A model generated the notes under the pieces. It did no database searches, had not been told where the DNA came from, and was given only the letters and a program-made list of their open reading frames with translations. Of a stretch of DNA of 24,000 nucleotides, positions 7,728 to 14,990 are shown one piece after another (position 1 is the stretch's first letter; each line of letters opens with the position of its first letter). The stretch comes from Nakamurella sp. GTDB taxonomy: Bacteria; Actinomycetota; Actinomycetes; Mycobacteriales; Nakamurellaceae. The position numbers and the translations under genes were made by a program. The stretch lies in contig CBDFHS010000005.1 in the NCBI GenBank assembly GCA_965247715.1, positions 54,113-78,112 of the forward strand, given 5' to 3'.

Positions 7728-9074
7728 ATGACCGCTCCGACACCATGGCTTCACTACTTCGAGACCCGAGTCCCGCTGACCGCCCAGCCGGTCGAGGTCG
7801 CCGCAGGCCTTGCGGGCGCCGGACTGTTCGAGTCGTACGTGGTCTACGAGAGCGGCGGCCAATGGTCCTACGCCGGTGGTGCCCGCGCTGAACTGACCTT
7901 GGACCGCACCGGCGCCAGGCTGCAGCAGACCGGTTGCGCCGACGTCGTCCGCCCCTGGACCGATGAACCCTTGCACTCCGTCGCCGAATTGCTGGATATC
8001 GTGCGGGTGCCGAGCTGGCGGGCGTACGGCTGGGCCGCCTTTGAGCTGTCTTACGCCAAGTCCGGTGACCTCACCCACGCCGGCGAAAGCACCCTGCTGC
8101 ACCTGGTCGTCCCCGAGGCCGAGGTGCGCATCGCGAATGGCTACGCCGACCTACGCGCGGCCACCCAGGAGACCCTCACTCGGCTGCTCGACATCCTCTC
8201 CCACCCGCCGCGCATCCCCGGCTCCGAGCCGACCCCCTTCGACGTGCGCCGGCATGGGGAGGTCACCTACCGCGAGTCCGTGCGGCGCGCGGTCGACGAA
8301 ATCAACCGCGGCGAGCTGCACAAGGTCATCCTGTCCCGGGTCGTTGACGTCGACGAGGACATAGATCTGGTGGGCACCTACCTCGCCGGCCGACGCAGCA
8401 ACAACCCGGCCCGCTCGTTCCTTCTCAAGCTGGGCGGTGAGGAGGCCGTCGGGTTCAGCCCGGAGATCGTCGTCAGCGTCTCACCGGGCGGCCGGGTGAT
8501 CAGCCAGCCACTGGCCGGCACCCGTGCTCTGACGACGGACGAGCACGCCAACAAGATCCTGCGGGCGGACCTGTTCGGCTCCGCCAAGGAGATTTACGAG
8601 CATGCCATCTCGGTGAAGGTTGGTACGGACGAGCTGGGTGACGTCTGCGAGTCCGGCTCGATCGAAGTCCCGGAGTTCATGGGCATCCGCGAGCGCGGCA
8701 GCGTCCAGCACCTAGCTTCGCAGGTCGCCGGGCAGCTGGCCCCCGGGATGCAGGCGTGGGATGCGTTCGGTGCGGTCTTTCCCGCGGTCACCGCCTCCGG
8801 GGTGCCCAAGGCCGCGGCGTACACCTCGATCCGCCGGCACGAGGCCGAGGGCCGCGGGTTGTACAGCGGCGCGGTGATGACGATCGACCACGCCGGGGAG
8901 ATGGATGCGGCCCTGGTGTTGCGCAGCGCCTATCGCAAGAACGGCCGTACCTGGTTGCGGGCCGGTGCGGGCATCGTCGGACAGTCCACCCCGGAGCGCG
9001 AGTACGAGGAGACCTGCGAAAAGCTAGACAGCGTCGCCCGGTACCTGGTACCGGCCCGTTCCGGGAGTGCGTGA
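7728..9074 (+). CDS. Chorismate-utilising MST enzyme, MbtI/Irp9-type salicylate synthase (isochorismate synthase not excluded)
   Basis: 448 aa, ATG at 7728 after GAAAGGA. The N-terminal block YVVYESGGQWSYAGGARAELTLD resembles MbtI [22 protein letters not shown]. Also GELHKVILSR (Lys199), GFSPE and PLAGTR. Size matches MbtI/Irp9 rather than EntC/DhbC. Confidence 0.75.
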   Translation: MTAPTPWLHYFETRVPLTAQPVEVAAGLAGAGLFESYVVYESGGQWSYAGGARAELTLDRTGARLQQTGCADVVRPWTDEPLHSVAELLDIVRVPSWRAYGWAAFELSYAKSGDLTHAGESTLLHLVVPEAEVRIANGYADLRAATQETLTRLLDILSHPPRIPGSEPTPFDVRRHGEVTYRESVRRAVDEINRGELHKVILSRVVDVDEDIDLVGTYLAGRRSNNPARSFLLKLGGEEAVGFSPEIVVSVSPGGRVISQPLAGTRALTTDEHANKILRADLFGSAKEIYEHAISVKVGTDELGDVCESGSIEVPEFMGIRERGSVQHLASQVAGQLAPGMQAWDAFGAVFPAVTASGVPKAAAYTSIRRHEAEGRGLYSGAVMTIDHAGEMDAALVLRSAYRKNGRTWLRAGAGIVGQSTPEREYEETCEKLDSVARYLVPARSGSA

Positions 9075-10120
9075 TGCGCGTCGACGACGTCTATCTGGCC
9101 GGTGTCGGCAGTTACCTGCCGGCGGCGGTGCCCGTCGTACAGGCGGTCGACAACGGCTGGTGGGACGACGACGCGGCCACCGCGTCCGGCATCACCGCGG
9201 TCCGGGTGGCCGGCGACGTTCCGGCGCCCGAGCTGGCGGTCCGTGCCGCCGCGGTCGCCGTGCGGCGCAGCGGCCACGACGCGGACGACTTCGGCGCCGT
9301 CCTGCACAGCAGCACGTACCACCAGGGCCCTGACGGCTGGTCCGCCCCCCACTACGTGCTGCGGCACGCCCTGAACCGGCCGATCAGCGCGGTCGAGGTG
9401 CGGCAGGGGTGCCTCGGCATGATCGCCGGGCTACAGATGGCGGCACACCTCGTGACCGCGGACCGCGGTCACGAGGCTGTCCTGCTGACCGCCGGCGACA
9501 ACTTCGGTGCACCGCTGGTCGACCGGTGGCGGGCCTCACGTCTGTTCGTGCTCGCCGACGCGGGGGCCGCCGTGGTGGTCTCCCGGCGTGCCGGCTTCGC
9601 CCGGGTCCGGTCGTTCGCGGCCGTGTCCGACCCGCGGATGGAGGAGCTGCACCGTGGCGGCGAGGCGCTGTTCCCGCCCGGGGTCACCGTCGGCCGCGGC
9701 CTGGACTTCGAGGAGCGTACCGGGTACTGGCGGCGGCAGTGGGCCACGGGCGCCGCACCGCCGATGGGCAACTTCGGCGACTGCGTGGCCGATGCCGCGC
9801 AGCAGGCCCTGGACGAGGCCGGCATCGAGAAGGTCGCCCGGGTTTGCCACGTCGGGTACGCCCGTGGGCCGCTGCAGGCGATGCTGCTGGACCCGCTCGG
9901 CATCGACGCCGAGCAGGGCGTTTGGGACATCACCCGGGAGATCGGCCACGCCGGCGCCGCGGACCCGTTCCTCGCGTTGGAGCGCCTGTGGACCGACGGC
10001 TCGGTGACACCGGGCGATCACCTGCTGCTGATCGGCGCCACACCCGGCATGGAGGCCGGCTGTGCGGTCATCGAGATCATCGCTTCTTACCAGCCCGAAG
10101 GAGGGTCGGCACATGCTTGA
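9074..10120 (+). CDS. KAS III (FabH)-like acyltransferase, 348 aa
   Basis: ATG at 9074 overlaps the upstream TGA (GTGATG). Cys113 in VRQGCLGM aligns with FabH Cys112, and His259 lies in VCHVGYA. The FabH GNTSAAS position reads GHAGAAD (His292). The ORF-track start at 8756 is an in-frame extension through the upstream gene. Confidence 0.8.
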   Translation: MRVDDVYLAGVGSYLPAAVPVVQAVDNGWWDDDAATASGITAVRVAGDVPAPELAVRAAAVAVRRSGHDADDFGAVLHSSTYHQGPDGWSAPHYVLRHALNRPISAVEVRQGCLGMIAGLQMAAHLVTADRGHEAVLLTAGDNFGAPLVDRWRASRLFVLADAGAAVVVSRRAGFARVRSFAAVSDPRMEELHRGGEALFPPGVTVGRGLDFEERTGYWRRQWATGAAPPMGNFGDCVADAAQQALDEAGIEKVARVCHVGYARGPLQAMLLDPLGIDAEQGVWDITREIGHAGAADPFLALERLWTDGSVTPGDHLLLIGATPGMEAGCAVIEIIASYQPEGGSAHA

Positions 10121-11765
10121 CGGATGCACACCCTGGCCGGCGGAGCTCGCCGACCGTTACCGCAGCGCGGGATGGTGGCGGGGCGTCACCCTCGATGAGC
10201 TGCTCCGGTCCTGGGCACTGTCCTACGGTGACCGGGTCGCCCTGGTCAGCGGATCGCAACGGATCACCTACCGCGACCTCGACGCCCGGGTCGACCGGAT
10301 GGCCGCGGGCCTGCTGCGGCACGGGGTCGGGCCCGGCGACCGGATCCTATTGCAGCTGCCGAACGTACCGGAATTCGTCATCGTCGCGTTCGCCCTTTTT
10401 CGGGCCGGCGCCATGCCGGTGTTCTCGCTGGCCTCGCACCGTGCCAACGAGATCGGTCACCTGATCGAGCTGTCCGGTGCGGTGGGGTACGTCCTGCCCG
10501 GTGTGCACCGCGGCTTCGACCACCCGGAGTTGGCCCGGCGGATGCTGCGCGAGCAGCCCACCCTGCGTCAGGCCTTCGTGCTGGGCGGCGCCGACGGCCT
10601 GCTGGCCCTGGAGGAGGTCGACGCGGATCCCGTCCAGGGTCCCACCCCGGACCCCTGCGACGTGGCGTTCTTCCTGCTCTCCGGCGGGACCACAGCGCTG
10701 CCTAAACTGATCCCGCGCACCCATGACGACTATGCGTACCAGCTGCGCATCGTGGCGCAGCTGTGCGAGCTCGGCGCGGACGACGTCTACTTGGCCGCCC
10801 TGCCGGTGGAGTTCAACTTCACCTGGGGCTGCCCCGGGGTGCTCGGCACCCTGTCGAGGGGGGGAACGGTCGTGCTGGCCGCGGATCCCTCACCGGAGCA
10901 CTGCTTCGACCTGATCGCCCGGGAACGGGTCACGGTCACCTCCCTGGTCCCTACGGTCGCGCAGCTCTGGGTCGAGGCGGCCGAGTGGGCCGGGCGGGAC
11001 CTGTCAACGCTGCGCCTGGTGCAGATCGGCGGCGCCAAGCTGCAGTCCCACCTGGCCGCCCGGGTCGGGCCTGCACTGGGCTGCCGGTTGCAGCAAGTGT
11101 TCGGGATGGCCGAGGGGCTGTTGTCGATGACGCGCCGCGACGACGACCCGCGCTCGGTGCTCGAGACTCAGGGACGGCCGATCTCACCGGCCGACGAGAT
11201 CCGGGTGGTCGACGAGCACGACGCCCCCGTGCCGGACGGTCAGGTCGGTGAACTGCTCACCCGGGGCCCGTACACCTTGCGCGGGTACTACCGGGCGCCG
11301 GAGCACAACCGGCGGGCGTTCACCGCGGACGGCTTCTACCGTACCGGCGACCTGGCCCGGATCACGGCCCACGGCGACCTGGTCATCGAGGGCCGGCTCA
11401 AGGACGTGGTCATCCGCGGCGGTGACAAGATCGCCGCCGGCGAGGTGGAGAGCCATCTGCTGGCCCAGCCGCAGATCAGCCGAGCTGCCGTGGTGGCGGT
11501 GCCGGACGACTTCCTCGGCGAGCGCACCTACGCCTTCCTGGTATGCCCTGGCGATCGGCCCACGCTGCCGGACCTCAAACGCGCTCTGCACGCGCGCGGC
11601 CTCGCGGAGTTCAAGCTGCCGGACCGGGTCGAGCACGTCCGGGCGCTGCCGCTGACTCCGCTCGGCAAGGTCGATAAGAAGGTTCTCGCGGCCGCCGCTG
11701 CGGATCCGTCCGTGCCACGCGACTGGGCGCCCGCCGCAGAACCGGCCGCCCTCCAGAAGGGATGA
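10113..11765 (+). CDS. Aryl-acid adenylating enzyme (EntE/DhbE/MbtA family), salicylate-type specificity residues
   Basis: ATG at 10113 after GAAGGAGGG, overlapping the upstream gene by 8 nt. TPWPAELADRYRSAGWW resembles the EntE N-terminus. Motifs: SGGTTALPKLIPRTH, QVFGMAEGL, YRTGDLA, GRLKDVVIRGGDKI, LGKVDKK. The pocket residues read Asn235-Phe236...Cys240 (FNFTWGCPG). Confidence 0.88.
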   Translation: MLDGCTPWPAELADRYRSAGWWRGVTLDELLRSWALSYGDRVALVSGSQRITYRDLDARVDRMAAGLLRHGVGPGDRILLQLPNVPEFVIVAFALFRAGAMPVFSLASHRANEIGHLIELSGAVGYVLPGVHRGFDHPELARRMLREQPTLRQAFVLGGADGLLALEEVDADPVQGPTPDPCDVAFFLLSGGTTALPKLIPRTHDDYAYQLRIVAQLCELGADDVYLAALPVEFNFTWGCPGVLGTLSRGGTVVLAADPSPEHCFDLIARERVTVTSLVPTVAQLWVEAAEWAGRDLSTLRLVQIGGAKLQSHLAARVGPALGCRLQQVFGMAEGLLSMTRRDDDPRSVLETQGRPISPADEIRVVDEHDAPVPDGQVGELLTRGPYTLRGYYRAPEHNRRAFTADGFYRTGDLARITAHGDLVIEGRLKDVVIRGGDKIAAGEVESHLLAQPQISRAAVVAVPDDFLGERTYAFLVCPGDRPTLPDLKRALHARGLAEFKLPDRVEHVRALPLTPLGKVDKKVLAAAAADPSVPRDWAPAAEPAALQKG

Positions 11766-12031
11766 TCGACATGACCAGACCATTCGCCGGCCCGCCGGCT
11801 GCGGACGACCTGCGCCGCGTCGTCGCGGACCTGATCGGCGCGGACCCGGAGGGGATCGCCGGGGACGCCAACCTGGTCTTCCTGGGGCTCGGCTCGCTGG
11901 AGATGATGCGGCTGGCCACCCGGTGGCGCCGCGAGGGGTACACAGTGCCCTTCGCCGAACTGGCCACCGAACCCACCCTTGACCGGTGGGCCGCCCTGCT
12001 GGCCGCGAACTGGGTCGGTGGTACGCCATGA
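11762..12031 (+). CDS. Stand-alone aryl/acyl carrier protein (89 aa)
   Basis: ATGA overlap with the ligase stop. Phosphopantetheine-attachment-like motif FLGLGSLEMM. Size and position match ArCPs that partner EntE-type ligases. Confidence 0.75.
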   Translation: MIDMTRPFAGPPAADDLRRVVADLIGADPEGIAGDANLVFLGLGSLEMMRLATRWRREGYTVPFAELATEPTLDRWAALLAANWVGGTP

Positions 12032-13512
12032 GCCGGTTGCTGGTCAGCGGTGGCCACCTCTACCCGGCCGACGCCGCCGCCTCGGTCGTACCCGACGGCG
12101 CGGTCCTGGTCGACGGCGACCGGATCGTCGCGGCCGGCCCGGACGCGCAGGTGCGGGCGGCCATCCCGGCCGAGTGGCAGGCCACCCTGCGCACCATCGA
12201 CGCACGTGGGTCGCTGATCTTGCCCGGCTTCGTCAACGCCCACTGGCACGACCTGTTCGCCCTGCGGTTCCCCTTCAAGGGTGCCCTGCGCCCGCCGGTG
12301 GACCGCGGGGACCGGGCCGCGTTCATGGCTCTGGGGGGTGACCTGACCCAGATCTCCACCGTCTTCGACTCGTTCACCAACCGGCTCGCCCAGCTGGCCC
12401 CGGACGAGGCGCTGGCGATCGCCCGCTACTCGATGTGGACCCAGCTGCGGTCGGGCGTCACGACCCTCGGGGACGTCGGCTCGTACAACCGGCCGGAGGC
12501 CCTGGCCGCCGCGGCCCGGGACCTGGGCATGCGGGCGATGCTCAGCACCTGGGCGGGTGACACCGTGTGCGCGCCGGGGGAGTCGCGTTTCCGGCGCACC
12601 CGGGACGCGGACGCGGTCCTGCAGCCCATCGAGGCGCTGCTGGCCGCGTGCGCGGCCGATCCCGGCGGAACCGTGCGGGCTCGCCCCACCGCGGTGTACG
12701 GGATCAACATGAGCGACGAACTCGGCGCCGGCTTCCGGCAGCTGATCGACCGGTACGACGTGCCGTTCGCCACCCATGTCGGCGCTCTGCGCCACGAGGC
12801 GGAGGTGTCCCGCGCCTACTACGGCACCACCCCGGTGCGCCGCCTGGCAGACCTGGGTTTGCTCTCGAAGCGCTTCATGGCGGTCCACTGCGCGTTCGCG
12901 GACGCCGACGAGCGCAAGTTGCTGCTGGCCGCGAATGTCCACATCAGCCACTCGCCGGCAAAGTACGGCCCGGCCGGGGAGTCGACCCTGTCGGAGACCC
13001 GGGCGATTCCGGAGCTGCGTCGCGATGGTCTGGACGTCTCCCTGTCCACCGACGGCGCGGCCATGCCGCTGGGTGGCATGGCGGAGGCGATGCGGGCAGC
13101 CTGGCATACCTACACCGAAATGTACGCCGACCCCACGGAGCTGCTGCCCACCGGTGCCCTAGCCATGGCCACCGCCGTGGCGGCCCGCGGGCTCGACTGG
13201 GACGACGAAATCGGCAGCATCGAGGTGGGCAAGCAGGCCGACCTCGTCATAGTACCGGCCGACGACTGGCGGTACCTGCTCAACCCGCGCCCGCTGGAGG
13301 GATTCCTGACCCTGGGCGGATCCGCGGACGTCGACACGGTGCTAGTCGGCGGCAAGGTGGTGGTGTCGGGCGGTCGATGCACCAACATGGACGAGTCGGT
13401 CCTGGAAGCTGACTACCTGCGCGCGTTAGGCACCTTCTCGGTGCGGTGCCTGGGCGTCGACCCCGACGTGGTCGCCACACACCTGCGCCGGCGTGCGGGC
13501 GGGGGTAGCTGA
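12028..13512 (+). CDS. Amidohydrolase-superfamily metalloenzyme (494 aa), candidate heterocycle-forming cyclase
   Basis: ATGA overlap with the carrier-protein stop (12028-12031). It has an N-terminal beta-sandwich-type lead (VLVDGDRIVAAG) followed by PGFVNAHWHD, the HxH metal motif. Confidence 0.8.
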   Translation: MSRLLVSGGHLYPADAAASVVPDGAVLVDGDRIVAAGPDAQVRAAIPAEWQATLRTIDARGSLILPGFVNAHWHDLFALRFPFKGALRPPVDRGDRAAFMALGGDLTQISTVFDSFTNRLAQLAPDEALAIARYSMWTQLRSGVTTLGDVGSYNRPEALAAAARDLGMRAMLSTWAGDTVCAPGESRFRRTRDADAVLQPIEALLAACAADPGGTVRARPTAVYGINMSDELGAGFRQLIDRYDVPFATHVGALRHEAEVSRAYYGTTPVRRLADLGLLSKRFMAVHCAFADADERKLLLAANVHISHSPAKYGPAGESTLSETRAIPELRRDGLDVSLSTDGAAMPLGGMAEAMRAAWHTYTEMYADPTELLPTGALAMATAVAARGLDWDDEIGSIEVGKQADLVIVPADDWRYLLNPRPLEGFLTLGGSADVDTVLVGGKVVVSGGRCTNMDESVLEADYLRALGTFSVRCLGVDPDVVATHLRRRAGGGS

Positions 13513-13513
13513 G

Positions 13514-14284
13514 ATGGCTCAGCGAGTAGCCCTGGTCACCGGGGCCGCCGGGGGGATCGGCGACGCCGTCGCGCGGGCCCTGGCATCGCAGGGGACCGCG
13601 GTGGCCGTCCTGGACGCCCGCGCCGACCTGCTGGACCTGCTCGTCAAGGACCTCACCGCGGCGGGCCATCGGGTCCGTGGCTACCCGGTGGACGTGCGCT
13701 CGACCGCCGAGGTCGACGAGGCTGTCGGGCGGGCCGAGCTCGAACTCGGCCCCCTCGACAGCCTGGTCAACGCGGCCGGCGTGCTACGGATCGGCGCGGC
13801 CGCGTCGTTCACCGACGAGGACTGGGATCTCACCTTCGCGGTCAACACCACGGGGGTATTCCATGTCAGCAGGGCAGTGTCGGCCCGGATGATCCCACGC
13901 CGCCGGGGGGTCATCGTCACGGTTGCCTCGAACGCGTCACGTACCCCGAGGTGGCACATGGCCGCCTACTCGGCGTCCAAGGCGGCGGCCACGGCGTTCA
14001 CCAAGAACCTGGGCCTAGAGCTGGCCGAGTACGGCATCCGGTGCAACGTGGTCGCACCTGGCTCCACCGACACACCGATGCTGACCTCGCTCTGGACCGG
14101 CGACGACGCCCGACGCGCCTCCATCGAAGGCACCCCGGATACATTTCGCGTCGGCATCCCGTTGGGCCGTCTGGCTCGGCCGGAGGACGTCGCGGACGCG
14201 GTGCTGTTCCTGCTCTCCGACCAGGCCACGCACATCACCATGCACGACCTCACCATCGACGGCGGCGCAGCCCTGGGCCACTGA
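13514..14284 (+). CDS. SDR, 2,3-dihydro-2,3-dihydroxybenzoate dehydrogenase family (EntA/DhbA-like); here predicted DHHA dehydrogenase
   Basis: ATG at 13514, 2 nt after the upstream TGA. Motifs: VALVTGAAGGIGDAV (TGxxxGxG), NAAG and YSASKAA (YxxxK). Confidence 0.85.
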   Translation: MAQRVALVTGAAGGIGDAVARALASQGTAVAVLDARADLLDLLVKDLTAAGHRVRGYPVDVRSTAEVDEAVGRAELELGPLDSLVNAAGVLRIGAAASFTDEDWDLTFAVNTTGVFHVSRAVSARMIPRRRGVIVTVASNASRTPRWHMAAYSASKAAATAFTKNLGLELAEYGIRCNVVAPGSTDTPMLTSLWTGDDARRASIEGTPDTFRVGIPLGRLARPEDVADAVLFLLSDQATHITMHDLTIDGGAALGH

Positions 14285-14342
14285 CCACCCGGTCACGGCA
14301 CCACCTACCCCGATCTTCCGCCAAGTGAACGGAGGCACCCCC

Positions 14343-14990
14343 ATGGCCATCCCGGCGATCGCGCCGTACCCGATGCCGACCGAGGACGAGCTACCGGTGA
14401 ACGTCGCACCCTGGGCGATCCGACCGGACCGAGCGATGCTGCTCGTCCACGACATGCAGAACTATTTCCTCGGACCGTTCGCGCCGGACCGGGCGCCACT
14501 CACCGAGCTGGTGCGCAACGTCTCCGCGCTGCGGAAGGGGTTCAGCGCGGCCGGCGCCCCGATCTCGTACACCGCGCAGCCCGGGGGCATGAGCGACGAG
14601 CAGCGCGGCCTGCTCAAGGACTTCTGGGGGGTCGGCATGACTACCGACCCGGATCAGCGGAGGATCCTAGCGGAGGTCCAGCCGACCGGTGCGGACACGG
14701 TGCTAACCAAGTGGCGGCCGAGTGCGTTCTGCCGCACGGATCTGCTGTCGCTGATGCAGCGGCACGGCCGTGACCAGCTGGTCATCTGCGGCGTCTACGC
14801 ACACGTCGGCATCCTGATGACCGCACACGAGGGCTTCTCGAATGACATCGAGACCTTCGTGGTTGCCGACGCGGTCGCGGACTTCACCGCTGAGTACCAC
14901 CGGATGGCCCTCACCTACGCCTCCGCCCGGTGTGCGGTCACGGTGTCCACCGCGGCGGCGCTGCGAATGCTGGAAGGACCCCTGCCGTGA
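14343..14990 (+). CDS. Isochorismatase-family hydrolase (PhzD/EntB N-domain-like, no fused ArCP)
   Basis: ATG at 14343, 7 nt after GGAGG. MAIPAIAPYPMP...RAMLLVHDMQNYF parallels EntB MAIPKLQAYALP...AALLIHDMQDYF. It is 215 aa, so it carries the hydrolase domain only. Confidence 0.88.
   Translation: MAIPAIAPYPMPTEDELPVNVAPWAIRPDRAMLLVHDMQNYFLGPFAPDRAPLTELVRNVSALRKGFSAAGAPISYTAQPGGMSDEQRGLLKDFWGVGMTTDPDQRRILAEVQPTGADTVLTKWRPSAFCRTDLLSLMQRHGRDQLVICGVYAHVGILMTAHEGFSNDIETFVVADAVADFTAEYHRMALTYASARCAVTVSTAAALRMLEGPLP

Noticed and set aside
8756-9073. A 106-codon N-terminal extension of the KAS III-like ORF (ORF-track start 8756).
   Set aside because: It lies entirely inside the salicylate synthase gene in another frame. 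The FabH-like homology begins at MRVDDVYLAGVG (ATG 9074), which is coupled to the upstream stop.
14930-14986. Upstream starts given by the ORF track for the ADIC synthase (14930), and similarly for the ligase (10062), amidohydrolase (11986), SDR (13493), isochorismatase (14325) and MFS (3485).
   Set aside because: Homology to family N-termini, Shine-Dalgarno positions and stop/start overlaps all favour the downstream starts listed in the features.
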